This document shows positions 37,105-46,636 of a stretch of DNA of 64,000 nucleotides, one piece after another (position 1 is the first letter of the stretch; each line of letters begins with the position of its first letter). The notes under the pieces are model-generated. The model made no database searches and was not told where the DNA came from. It was given only the letters and a program-made list of their open reading frames with translations. This stretch comes from Candidatus Hydrothermarchaeum profundi (GTDB taxonomy: Archaea; Hydrothermarchaeota; Hydrothermarchaeia; Hydrothermarchaeales; Hydrothermarchaeaceae), in the NCBI GenBank assembly GCA_002011125.2, contig MTMF02000009.1, forward strand, positions 547,095 through 611,094, in the 5' to 3' direction. Both the position numbers and the translations under genes were made by a program.

Positions 37105-37350
37105 ATGGAGCCTGAAGTCTTTGACCTTAGAGGGGAAAAATGCCCGGATACCTTCGTTTACACAAAAGTGAAGTTAGAAGAGCTGGCGTACTCTGGCGGT
37201 GGTCTTTTAAAGGTTATCGTAGATTATCCGCCGGCAGCTGAGAATATCCCTAGGAGTCTGAAGGAGGAGAAAATAAAGTACGAGGTTTTAGATGTTAAAA
37301 AAGTTGGAGATAAGACCTACGAATTGCTAATAAAAGCTCCTCCGGTATGA
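37105..37350 (+). CDS. tusA: TusA/SirA family sulfurtransferase
   Basis: DLRGEKCPDTF, DYPPAAENIP. Confidence 0.85.
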   Translation: MEPEVFDLRGEKCPDTFVYTKVKLEELAYSGGGLLKVIVDYPPAAENIPRSLKEEKIKYEVLDVKKVGDKTYELLIKAPPV

Positions 37351-38279
37351 TGATTATGGAAAACATAAGAGCACATTTAGGGATGAAGTACAACTTAGTT
37401 GGGGTTAAAATCCTCAAGGAAAAACCAGTAGATATAGAAAAGCCTACTAGAAAGCTTCGTTACTGTGAGATGGTAAGAAAAGCTGCTAATGGCGAAGTGA
37501 TTACTGCGGAGCATGAGGATATAGCATGCCCCAATGCTGAGGTAACCCTCGGTTTTGTTGAGCCTGTGTATGTTGACATACAGCCACGTATTTCTCCAGC
37601 GGAAACTAAAGTGGTTAAGGTTGGTCCATTAGATAAAATTCGAGATCCTGATATCATACTAGCGATTCTTAATCCGAGGCAGGCAATGGAGGTTGCGTCC
37701 ATAATGGACGGCCTTGAAGCAAAGTTTGCGGGCAGTATGGCGGTTTGCGGAGAGGCTACCGCTAAGCCATATATGGAGAAAAAAAGTAATGTAACGATGC
37801 TTTGCGGTGGAGCGAGGACTTTTGCGGATTTCAGGGATTCAGATCTGATAGTAGGAGGTCCCCCTGAGTTTTTTGAAGAACTGTCAAAGAGAATATCTGC
37901 TCTTTCAAAGACCTGCGTGGCTCTTTGCGGTTGCAAAACAAGTGACCTCTCTCCACGTATAATTGAGAGCTTTAGGAAGATAGGCTTCGAGAAGGGAACT
38001 GACTATTTCTTTGGCAAGGTTGATGGTACAAATGTTAGGATATATTTAAACAAAGACACGCATGGTAAGATAAAGTACATAACTGTGCATATACCCCTTA
38101 GGGGAGTTGAAGTAAAAGCAAAAGAACCTTTGATAGTCAAGAAGAGGGGAAATTGGACAGATGTGGCGATGACCTTCGGTTTAGGCGAGGCGATTGATTT
38201 AAACACTGGCAGGGGACTCAAAGAGGCTATTATGGATATACTCAAAAAGGTTAGTGATTCAAAGGTAATAGCCAGATGA
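37347..38279 (+). CDS. DUF169 protein with a C-terminal extension
   Basis: YCEMV, ACPNA, AVCGEA, LCGGAR, plus CVALCGC. Confidence 0.75.
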   Translation: MMIMENIRAHLGMKYNLVGVKILKEKPVDIEKPTRKLRYCEMVRKAANGEVITAEHEDIACPNAEVTLGFVEPVYVDIQPRISPAETKVVKVGPLDKIRDPDIILAILNPRQAMEVASIMDGLEAKFAGSMAVCGEATAKPYMEKKSNVTMLCGGARTFADFRDSDLIVGGPPEFFEELSKRISALSKTCVALCGCKTSDLSPRIIESFRKIGFEKGTDYFFGKVDGTNVRIYLNKDTHGKIKYITVHIPLRGVEVKAKEPLIVKKRGNWTDVAMTFGLGEAIDLNTGRGLKEAIMDILKKVSDSKVIAR

Positions 38280-39460
38280 GTGTATCACCCGAGTTTTCTG
38301 CTATGGATGTGGGTAATTTGAGTTACAGGTATAAAGACTTCATAATAATAAATCCGCTGATGAGGGGGGGAATAGTGCCTAAGAGTGTTACTGAGAGGCT
38401 CTGTGATGAAGGATGGTTAGAAGTAGGGTATAATCTCTGCCACGATTGCATTGAAGGTAGATCGAGTCTAATAACAAAGCCGAATGTGAAGGAATTTCTT
38501 TCGGAGATAGCTGTATTTTTTGGTGGTGACGAGGCAGAGCATACCTTTGGATGTAGGGCAGCGCAGTTTGCAGTCATGAAAACCATATCAGAGGTATCTC
38601 CGGATGGGGTAGTTTTATCGGATCCTAACAGCCACTACTCTACGAACATAGCTGCGGAGATGTGTGGTCTGAAAGTCGTTGAGTCACCGCATACGGGATA
38701 TCCTGAATATAAAGTTGAGGTGGACTCCGTTATTGAGAAGATAGAGGAGATAGGTAATCCTGCTCTTGTGGTAATGACTCATGCTGATCCGTATTATGGG
38801 AACCTAGCTCCAGTTAAAGAAATAGGTAAAGTATGTGCTGAGAAAGAGATACCTTATATGGTGAACTCCGCTTATACTGGCGGTGTAATGCCTATCAATA
38901 TGAAGGATTTAAACGCCGACTTCTTGACTTTATCCGCTCATAAGTCGATGGCGTCTATTGGTCCTCTAGGATTTCTAGTCACAACTTATGAGTGGTCTAG
39001 AAAGGTATTTGCGCTTTCTAAGTCTAAGCCGGATTGGACTGGCAGGGCGTTTGGTAAAAAAATCCCTAATGTCTTTGGCTGCAGTATTGGCGGCCTCCCC
39101 TTGGTCTGTGCAATGAATTCATTCCCCTATGTTAAGGAGAGAGTCAAAAAATGGGACGAGGAGATAAATAAAACCAATAAGTTTATTGATGCAATGGAGG
39201 ACCTGGGAGATATAATGCTTCTGGGTGAGCGGCCTCATAGGCATCATCTTCTTCATTTTGAGACGCCTCTCTTCTGGGAGATATCTAAAAAGCATAGGCG
39301 GAAAGGATTCTTCCTTGCGGAAGAAATGATAAAACGAGGCATTGTTGGCCTGCACAAGGGTCTAAGCAAGCATATAAAGCTGTCGGTATATGGGCTCAGC
39401 GATGAAGAGGTCAGCAAGGTGTTAGAGGCGTTTAAAGAGGTTGCTGAAATATCAGCTTAA
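38276..39460 (+). CDS. pscS: Sep-tRNA:Cys-tRNA synthase (SepCysS) homologue, divergent
   Basis: INPLMRGG, CHDC, SHYS, NSAY, SAHKSMAS (PLP Lys), FGCS, FETP, KLSVYGL. Confidence 0.82.
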   Translation: MSVSPEFSAMDVGNLSYRYKDFIIINPLMRGGIVPKSVTERLCDEGWLEVGYNLCHDCIEGRSSLITKPNVKEFLSEIAVFFGGDEAEHTFGCRAAQFAVMKTISEVSPDGVVLSDPNSHYSTNIAAEMCGLKVVESPHTGYPEYKVEVDSVIEKIEEIGNPALVVMTHADPYYGNLAPVKEIGKVCAEKEIPYMVNSAYTGGVMPINMKDLNADFLTLSAHKSMASIGPLGFLVTTYEWSRKVFALSKSKPDWTGRAFGKKIPNVFGCSIGGLPLVCAMNSFPYVKERVKKWDEEINKTNKFIDAMEDLGDIMLLGERPHRHHLLHFETPLFWEISKKHRRKGFFLAEEMIKRGIVGLHKGLSKHIKLSVYGLSDEEVSKVLEAFKEVAEISA

Positions 39461-39711
39461 TCACTAAATCCTCTGATTAAGACCTCAACGTTGGCGTCTT
39501 TTACTCCTTCAATTTTTTTAATTTCTCTCTCACCTCTAACGGCTAGCACGAAATTATATGGGCAGCTGCTCAAGATGCCTCGCATCTTAACATTTACCAC
39601 TTCACCCTCTATTTTTACTTCTTCTATGAGGCCTAGGTCAACTATGTTGCTGCCTGCCCTTATGCTGTGCACTCTTCTTAGTGCTCCTAATACTTCTTCC
39701 TCCGTTACCAT
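39457..39711 (-). CDS. DUF59 / metal-sulfur cluster assembly factor
   Basis: NIVDLGLI and SSCP. Confidence 0.8.
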   Translation of the reverse strand: MVTEEEVLGALRRVHSIRAGSNIVDLGLIEEVKIEGEVVNVKMRGILSSCPYNFVLAVRGEREIKKIEGVKDANVEVLIRGFSD

Positions 39712-40526
39712 ATTACCCTTAAGCTCATGTCAAGCCATTTACTGGCGGTAGTTAGTGATCCCATGGAGATTATATCCGGCTTTAACTTTATGTAGGAGTC
39801 TATATTCTTCTCAGTGATTCCTCCGGAGATCTCTATTTTTACCTTTTTCCTATATCCTTTTTCTTTTATCTTCTCTATTATTTTTTCTGCTTTATCAGGT
39901 GTCATATTATCAAGCATTATTATATCAACTCCTAACTCGCAGGCTGTGAGGGCTTCTTCAGCGTTCTTAACCTCAACTTCTAATGTCTTGGATTTATTTT
40001 TACTTCTTGCTTTTTTTATAGCCTCTTCTAATCCTACGATAGCAATATGATTATCCTTGATTAAATATGCTTCATCCAAAGTATTTCTATGAGGCCATCC
40101 TCCTCCGACTTTTATGGCTTTTTTCTCGAAGTATCTAAACCCTGGGGTGGTCTTCCTAGTGCCCGCTATGATAACACCATAGGCTGAGCTTTTTTTTACA
40201 AGCATGTGGGTATAGGTGGCGATCCCACTCATCCTCATAAGTATATTGAGGAGGACTCTTTCGATCGTTAGAATATTCCTGGCGTTGCCGTTAATCTTGA
40301 GAATGACATCTCCTTTTCCAATGGCATCACCGTCTTTCAGGCTTGACTCATATTTAAGGCCGAAATGTTCTAAGAGCAGTATTGATTCTTCTAGGCCAGC
40401 TAGAACCCCATCTTCTTTAGCGATTACTTCTGCGCTTATTTTTTGGTTCTTAGGTATAGTAGCCTGCGTAGTAATATCCTCTTTCCCTATATCTTCTTTT
40501 AAAAAATCTAATAATTTAGAAATCAT
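39705..40526 (-). CDS. nadC: Quinolinate phosphoribosyltransferase
   Basis: EDIGKEDIT, RMSGIAT, TRKTTPG, IKDNH, EVEV, IMLDN, SGGI. Confidence 0.95.
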   Translation of the reverse strand: MISKLLDFLKEDIGKEDITTQATIPKNQKISAEVIAKEDGVLAGLEESILLLEHFGLKYESSLKDGDAIGKGDVILKINGNARNILTIERVLLNILMRMSGIATYTHMLVKKSSAYGVIIAGTRKTTPGFRYFEKKAIKVGGGWPHRNTLDEAYLIKDNHIAIVGLEEAIKKARSKNKSKTLEVEVKNAEEALTACELGVDIIMLDNMTPDKAEKIIEKIKEKGYRKKVKIEISGGITEKNIDSYIKLKPDIISMGSLTTASKWLDMSLRVIW

Positions 40527-40570
40527 GCTATTGAAATTATTTATACACGGCATATAACTATTAATTTTTT

Positions 40571-41089
40571 ATGCGTGCTCTATTGGTAATCGATATGCTA
40601 AACGACTTCGTAAGAGAGGATGGGGCGCTTCCAGTGCCGGGCGCTAACAAGCTAATAGAGCCTATAAACAAATTAATTGGGGAATTTCGGGAGAGAAAGG
40701 AGCCAATAATCTTCGTACAGGATTCCCATGATGAGGATGACAGGGAATTCAAGGCATGGCCTAAGCATGCGGTAGAGGGAACTGAAGGGGCTGAGGTAAT
40801 AAAGGAGCTGGATAAAAGGCCAGAGGATATAGTGGTTAAAAAGAAGAGGTACTCTGCCTTCTACAATACTGATCTAGATGATATATTGAGAGAGAAGGGC
40901 GTTGACACGCTCGTGTTGACCGGAGTGCTCACAGATATTTGTGTGATGCATACTGCTACCGATGCAGCCATGAGGAATTATAAGATAATTGTGCCTGAAA
41001 ATTGCGTAGCATCATCTACCGAGGAAAACCATAAGTGGGCGATAAAGCACATGAAGGAAATCCTCCTTGAAGTCGAAGTCATTGCCTGA
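40571..41089 (+). CDS. pncA: Nicotinamidase (isochorismatase family)
   Basis: VIDMLNDF, DSH, WPKHA, KKRYSAF, GVLTDICV; lies within the NAD cluster. Confidence 0.85.
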   Translation: MRALLVIDMLNDFVREDGALPVPGANKLIEPINKLIGEFRERKEPIIFVQDSHDEDDREFKAWPKHAVEGTEGAEVIKELDKRPEDIVVKKKRYSAFYNTDLDDILREKGVDTLVLTGVLTDICVMHTATDAAMRNYKIIVPENCVASSTEENHKWAIKHMKEILLEVEVIA

Positions 41090-41500
41090 TCCTTCCCAAA
41101 GCGTCCACAACGATTCCTTCATGTAGCCATAGTAGGGCGTGTACTCTCTATTATCTTTTACGTAGGTATAAGTCAGGGCAGGGTTATGGTCTAACTGCTT
41201 TTGAAAGGATGACTATCTCCTCAGGGATAATATTAGGGGCTCCTTCGTCGGCGAAGACCTCGCTTATGAAGCTGAAGATGTGTCCCATGAGTTATCCTTC
41301 TTGACGGCGGATTACCCTGTTTTATCTTAGGCTTTTCCTTGGGGTAGCTTGTCCTTGGCTTTATCTTCTTTCCCTTACTAGTCCTGGTTGGCAACTCTTT
41401 TGGGATATTGACCTCCTACCTTTTAGCTTTTTGCCGTCTCCTCTAAGGCTATGTTGAGTTCTGTCAGCTGTGTATAATTCCTGAAAGTTGCTGATTTCCA
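41070..41500 (-). pseudogene. Remnant of a transglutaminase-like domain gene
   Basis: PEEIVILSK (frameshift) QLDHNPALTYTYVKDNREYTPYYGYMKESLWTLWEGSGNDFD. Confidence 0.55.
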
Positions 41501-41630
41501 ATATAGGAATTATAGCGGTACTTGTTTTATACTTTATTAGAAAAATTTCTTTTTAATGATTTTATTGTAAAATGATAAGATTTTTCTAATGTGCCTTGAA
41601 AATAATATGGATAACTGGGGGTAATCGTTT

Positions 41631-42005
41631 TTGGCGGAGATTATTGTAACTATCGGCGGCAAAATAATTGAAGTAGAGCTTTGCGAGTCTCTTATATGTT
41701 CAAAAATACTAGATGCCTTGCCTATCCGCTCAAAGGCAAGTAGATGGGGTGATGAGGTTTATTTTTCAATACCGGTTGAGGCAAGCTCAGATGAAAATAA
41801 AAAAGAAATTCTTGAGATAGGAGATGTTTGTTACTGGGAAGCAGGGAGAGCAATCGCTATATTCTTCGGCCCAACTCCAGTAAGCGAGGGCGATGAATGC
41901 AGGGCATATGAACCCGTTAGTGTAATAGGAAAGGTGGTTAAAGGCATTGAGCTGTTAAAGTCGGTAAAAGACGGAGATGAGGTTAAAGTTGAGTTAGCAA
42001 GGTGA
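41631..42005 (+). CDS. Cyclophilin-like fold protein (DUF369)
   Basis: ALPI, RWGDEVYF, GDVCYW, IFFGPTP. Confidence 0.88.
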   Translation: MAEIIVTIGGKIIEVELCESLICSKILDALPIRSKASRWGDEVYFSIPVEASSDENKKEILEIGDVCYWEAGRAIAIFFGPTPVSEGDECRAYEPVSVIGKVVKGIELLKSVKDGDEVKVELAR

Positions 42006-42011
42006 AAAAAT

Positions 42012-42152
42012 ATGAAGATCAAAGATGTGGTATGTGATTGCGAGGTTGATAAAAACAAGGCATTTAAAAAAGAGTATAAAGGCAAAATCTATTTCTTCTG
42101 CACCCCAACATGCCGGGTAGCATTTGAGGATAATCCAGAGAAATACATCTAA
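42012..42152 (+). CDS. YHS/TRASH metal-binding microprotein (not in the ORF track)
   Basis: MKIKDVVCDCEVD...YKGKIYFFCTPTCRVAFEDNPEKYI; AGGTGA RBS. Confidence 0.85.
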   Translation: MKIKDVVCDCEVDKNKAFKKEYKGKIYFFCTPTCRVAFEDNPEKYI

Positions 42153-42155
42153 GAT

Positions 42156-42398
42156 TTATCTCATCTCTTTAGAGATCTGTGCAAGAGTCTTTATACCGTC
42201 CTCTGTGAGAAAGTAGCTATCTTCACGCTTTTCTACTAAACCCTTTTTTGAAAGCTCCTCAAGCGATTTATTCACCCTTGGGAGACTTATCCTGAGTTTG
42301 TGGGAAATAGCCTTAGGCGTTGCTTCAGATTTAAGTACCTCCATTATTCTCAGCCTATACTTATCTGCTTTAACAAACCCTATTATCGAAACATCCAT
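42156..42398 (-). CDS. Winged-helix transcriptional regulator
   Basis: TPKAISHKLRISLPRVNKSLEELSKKGLV...YFLTEDG. Confidence 0.8.
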   Translation of the reverse strand: MDVSIIGFVKADKYRLRIMEVLKSEATPKAISHKLRISLPRVNKSLEELSKKGLVEKREDSYFLTEDGIKTLAQISKEMR

Positions 42399-42400
42399 AA

Positions 42401-43558
42401 CTACACCTCAAGCTTTTTCAACTGCTCAAGAGTATAATCTCTGATCTCATCCACCGAGGGTAAATCTCTAACTATCTTCCCACCCCTAATAAGAGGAGTT
42501 AGCATACTTTTCATTTCCACTTTACAGCTATCGCATATTACACTTTTAGAGCCGTTGCTTGGCATAATTTTATCCTTAAGGCAATTAGGGCACCGGTAGA
42601 CCTCCTTCTTTCCACCGTATTTACCCCTTTTAGCAACAGGCTTTCCTTCCATTTCAACAATATCCATGGCGAAGTCTATAGTCTTAGAGTTGCTTATACT
42701 CGTCCCAATACCAAAGCCGTCTGCATTTGTGAACTCGACTATATTATTCTCGTCAACTCCACCTGACACAAAAATCATTACGTCCTTGTACCCCCTCAAA
42801 TCCAGTTCCCAACGGACTTCATCAATTATCTTCTTCATATTACCCCTCCTAGATCCAGGAGTATCAAGACGTACCCCTTTAAGCCCTTTGACGGCTTCAG
42901 CTGCCATTATTGACTCGATTTTCTCATCATAATAGGTGTCAACTAGAGCGATCCTTGGCACATCCTTGTCAACTACCTCGTCAAAGTACCTCCAAGCTGT
43001 AACTTGGTCTCCTACAACAATAATTAGTGCATGAGGCATAGTACCAGAAGCTCTCTTGCCGATGATTTTTTCTGCAGCAACGCAAGAAAATCCATCTAAG
43101 CCTCCTATATAAGCAGCTCTATCTATCATTGGCGCAAGGATTGGATGCATCCTACGAACTCCAAAGCTCAGTATAGTCTTATCGCCTGCAAGCTTTTTCA
43201 GCCTCGCTGATTTAGTTGTTATTCCTGAAGCCTGGCAAATTAATCCTAGCATGGGCGTTTCAAGCTCGCAAAACTCGGAGTACATTCCCTCAATCCTTAC
43301 AACGGGTTCAATAGGATAAAACACGCTTCCTTCAGGGAATGTATCTATGTTAACATTATATCCCTCAAATAAATATGCCAGCTCTTCTATTCCGGATAAT
43401 ATGCCCCATTTATAGTTCAGGGGTAGGGAGCTAGTAGTGCATTCTGCGATAACTCTTTTATCAATGCCCTTCTTTTTAATGACTTCTCTAGCCCTAACGA
43501 AATAGATATCTGTGGTTCTACCTTTCTTTACCTCGTCTTCAGATGCTGTATGAAACAT
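42401..43558 (-). CDS. pncB: Nicotinate phosphoribosyltransferase
   Basis: TDIYF, SFGVRR, GTMPHA, LVDTY, GVRLDT, SGG, GFGIGT. Confidence 0.93.
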   Translation of the reverse strand: MFHTASEDEVKKGRTTDIYFVRAREVIKKKGIDKRVIAECTTSSLPLNYKWGILSGIEELAYLFEGYNVNIDTFPEGSVFYPIEPVVRIEGMYSEFCELETPMLGLICQASGITTKSARLKKLAGDKTILSFGVRRMHPILAPMIDRAAYIGGLDGFSCVAAEKIIGKRASGTMPHALIIVVGDQVTAWRYFDEVVDKDVPRIALVDTYYDEKIESIMAAEAVKGLKGVRLDTPGSRRGNMKKIIDEVRWELDLRGYKDVMIFVSGGVDENNIVEFTNADGFGIGTSISNSKTIDFAMDIVEMEGKPVAKRGKYGGKKEVYRCPNCLKDKIMPSNGSKSVICDSCKVEMKSMLTPLIRGGKIVRDLPSVDEIRDYTLEQLKKLEV

Positions 43559-43599
43559 GAGAATAGTATATAACCTATTATGTTTAAAAAGTTGTCTTC

Positions 43600-44415
43600 A
43601 TGGAGACGGCTTTAATTGGATGTGGAGCCATAGGAAATGTACTGGCAAGAGGTATTGCTGAGAAAATCGTTGACGCTACCTTGGAGGTAGTATACGATAA
43701 TAATCATGAGAAAGCCTTAAGCCTACTGGAGTTCTTTCAGATTAAGCCGAAGGTTGCGAAGGACATAAATGAGATCTTAGAATCAGAAGTAGATTTAGTA
43801 ATAGAAGCAGCTTCCATAGAAGCCGTAAAGCAATACGGTCCAAGAATATTGAGGTCAGGTAAAAATCTTATGGCCATGAGCGTAGGAGCATTTGCTGATG
43901 TGTCTTTCGCAAGCGAGATGGAGAAACTAGCAAGAGAAAACAAAGTCAAAATATATCTACCCTCCGGAGCCATAGGGGGGCTAGATGCTCTAAAGTCCGC
44001 AGCAGCTGGCAAGATATATAAAGTTACTTTGAGAACCACAAAGCCTCCTAAGGCGTTAGAGAACGCTCCTTATCTTAAAGAGAAGAATATTAGTCTGAAA
44101 GATCTAAAAGAGAAGAAGTTGGTATTCCAGGGTAATGCCCTTCAAGCGATCAGAGGTTTTCCGGCAAATGTCAATACAGCAGTAGCAGTAAGTCTTGCAG
44201 GAATAGGAGCTGAAAAAACAACTGTGGAGATAGTGGCAGATCCGCAGTCTACGAGAAATATCCATGAGATATCAGCAGAGGGAGAATTTGGAAAATTATA
44301 TTTTAAAGTAGAAAACCTACCTTCGCCAGAGAATCCACGGACCAGCTTACTCGCAGCATTCTCCGCTATAGCAACATTAAAATCTATTACAAAGCCGATG
44401 GTGATAGGGACATAA
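43600..44415 (+). CDS. nadX: L-aspartate dehydrogenase
   Basis: GCGAIG, EAAS, SGAIGGLD, FPANVN, NIHEI, NPRTS. Confidence 0.93.
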   Translation: METALIGCGAIGNVLARGIAEKIVDATLEVVYDNNHEKALSLLEFFQIKPKVAKDINEILESEVDLVIEAASIEAVKQYGPRILRSGKNLMAMSVGAFADVSFASEMEKLARENKVKIYLPSGAIGGLDALKSAAAGKIYKVTLRTTKPPKALENAPYLKEKNISLKDLKEKKLVFQGNALQAIRGFPANVNTAVAVSLAGIGAEKTTVEIVADPQSTRNIHEISAEGEFGKLYFKVENLPSPENPRTSLLAAFSAIATLKSITKPMVIGT

Positions 44416-44461
44416 ACTTCATAAATTTTTTCATACGCTCAGGATTCCTTACGGTGATGTT

Positions 44462-45364
44462 ATGGGTGAATTGAGAGAAATCGAAGAGCTTAAAAAAGAC
44501 TGCATAGTTCTAGCTCATAATTACCAGATACCACGTATCCAAGATGTAGCCGATTTTGTAGGAGACTCGCTTGGCTTGTGTCAGAGGGCAACCAAGGTAG
44601 ATAAGCCTTATATCTTATTTTGCGGTGTTGACTTTATGGCCGAGTCAGCAGCGATGTTAAATCCTGATAAGACAGTGCTGATGCCTGAATTCATGGCTAA
44701 GTGTCCGATGGCTGCCCAGCTTCCGGCTGAAAAAGTACGAGAGGCTAGGAGAAAATATCCCGACGCCGCAGTTGTTTTATATATTAATACAAGGCTTGAA
44801 GCTAGAGCTGAGGCAGATATAGTTTGCACCTCAGCTAACGCAGTGAAGATAATAAAATCACTGCCTGAGAAAGAGATAATCTTTGGGCCTGACTGGGCTT
44901 TGGCTTGGCATGTGCAAAGGAATGTGCCTGAGAAAAAAATAATTACAATACCTGCCCAGGGAGCATGCCGCACGCATCTTTTATTCAAGCCGGAGCACAT
45001 TCTAGAGGCTAGGGAGAAGTATCCTAATGCCGAGGTTTTAGTTCACCCAGAGTGCAAACCAGAAGTGCAACTATTAGCTGATAAAATATGCAGTACTGAA
45101 CAAATGATACGATGGGCGAAAGAATCAAACAGTAGAGAGTTTATAATAGCAACTGAGATCGGCTTATTACATCGGTTGAAAAAAGAGAATCCGGGAAAAA
45201 CATTTATTCCTGCATATAAAAGAGCAGTCTGCATTAGTATGAAGAAAAACACTTGGGAAAAATTTATGGAAGAGCTGAGAGGAAGAAAGAATGTAGTAAA
45301 GATAGACCCAGTTATAGCAGAAAAGGCACGGAAATCTTTGGATAGGATGCTTAAAGCGGTATAA
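44462..45364 (+). CDS. nadA: Quinolinate synthase
   Basis: LAHNYQ, GDSL, FCGVDFMAE, CPMA, CTS, HPEC, TEIG, CISMK. Confidence 0.95.
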   Translation: MGELREIEELKKDCIVLAHNYQIPRIQDVADFVGDSLGLCQRATKVDKPYILFCGVDFMAESAAMLNPDKTVLMPEFMAKCPMAAQLPAEKVREARRKYPDAAVVLYINTRLEARAEADIVCTSANAVKIIKSLPEKEIIFGPDWALAWHVQRNVPEKKIITIPAQGACRTHLLFKPEHILEAREKYPNAEVLVHPECKPEVQLLADKICSTEQMIRWAKESNSREFIIATEIGLLHRLKKENPGKTFIPAYKRAVCISMKKNTWEKFMEELRGRKNVVKIDPVIAEKARKSLDRMLKAV

Positions 45365-45394
45365 TTAAATAGAGAGGATAAAAAAAAAGTAAAT

Positions 45395-45727
45395 ATGCCT
45401 ATTGAGAATGTCGTAATTTTTATGGGGGGGATTCTTCTAACTTACCTTTGGATTAAAAGTATGAGAAACATTCTATCTGCTAAAGGAGAGGGGGCAAGAA
45501 GGAGGTCTTATCTGGAGGATAATTTGGTAAGAGAGTTGAAGGATGCTATAGGCAGGAAGGGAGAGGATTTGGATAAGTCAGATATTGCGGGAATACTTGT
45601 AGAAGTATATGATGACCTGTACTCCAGAATATCAGAAGAGGAAGAGAAAAGGAAAAAAGAGATATCCGCTATTAGAGCTGAAATAGAAGACTTGAAATCT
45701 AAACTTAGGTCCCTCAAAGAGAGATAA
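45395..45727 (+). CDS. Single-TM coiled-coil hypothetical protein
   Basis: N-terminal hydrophobic helix and C-terminal heptads. Confidence 0.6.
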   Translation: MPIENVVIFMGGILLTYLWIKSMRNILSAKGEGARRRSYLEDNLVRELKDAIGRKGEDLDKSDIAGILVEVYDDLYSRISEEEEKRKKEISAIRAEIEDLKSKLRSLKER

Positions 45728-45728
45728 T

Positions 45729-46628
45729 ATGGAAGTAATAGGGATAGGAGCCCTAAACGTAGACAAGCTGTTTTTTGTCGAAAGAATAGCTGGAGCCGGA
45801 GATGAAGTACCAGTAAATCGCTGGGTTAGAGCACCTGGCGGTTCTGCAGCAAACACTATAATAGGGCTAGCAAGGTTAGGGGTTAAAACCGGTTTTATCG
45901 GGAATGTCGGTTATGATGATGATGGGACTTACCTTCTAAACGACATGGAAAAGGAAAATGTAGATACCGGTGGAATAAAGAGAATTAAAGGTTCAACAGG
46001 GATAATTTTAGGATTTGTAGATAAAAAAGGTGAGAGAGCTCTATACGCATATCCTGGAGTAAATAATACCGTGGAAATAAGCCCTGATATTTTAGAATAT
46101 GCAAAAAAAGCTAAAATGTTGCATCTATCCTCTTTTGTTGGAGAAAGAGCTTATGAGGCTCAGAGAAGGCTTTTAAAAGAGTTATCAGATATTGAAATAA
46201 GTTTTGCTCCCGGTGCCTTATATGTTAGAAAAAAAATTAAGGCATTGGAGCTGATGATACGTAAGAGTTCTGTGATTTTCCTTAATAAAAGCGAGGTTGA
46301 AATATTAACCGGTAAAGAATATAAGAAAGGTGTATACGAGCTGCTTAAAAAAGGCGCAGGCATAGTAGCTGTGACTTTAGGGGAAGCAGGTTGTTATATT
46401 GCTGATAACCGGGAGAACCATAGGATTAATGCCTATAAAACACAGGTAGTAGATACAACAGGAGCTGGAGATGCTTTCGCAGCCGGGTTTTTATATGGTT
46501 ATCTCAGGGGCAAGACTCTTATTGAGTGCGGTAAACTAGGAAATTGGGTTGCCTCGAGATGCATCTCACGAGTTGGCGCTAGAAGCGGTCTACCCTATGC
46601 CAGCGATCTAGATTCTGCGAACCTCTAA
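45729..46628 (+). CDS. PfkB family carbohydrate/nucleoside kinase
   Basis: GGSAAN, VTLGEAG, DTTGAGDAFAAG. Confidence 0.93.
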   Translation: MEVIGIGALNVDKLFFVERIAGAGDEVPVNRWVRAPGGSAANTIIGLARLGVKTGFIGNVGYDDDGTYLLNDMEKENVDTGGIKRIKGSTGIILGFVDKKGERALYAYPGVNNTVEISPDILEYAKKAKMLHLSSFVGERAYEAQRRLLKELSDIEISFAPGALYVRKKIKALELMIRKSSVIFLNKSEVEILTGKEYKKGVYELLKKGAGIVAVTLGEAGCYIADNRENHRINAYKTQVVDTTGAGDAFAAGFLYGYLRGKTLIECGKLGNWVASRCISRVGARSGLPYASDLDSANL

Positions 46629-46636
46629 AAAATAAT

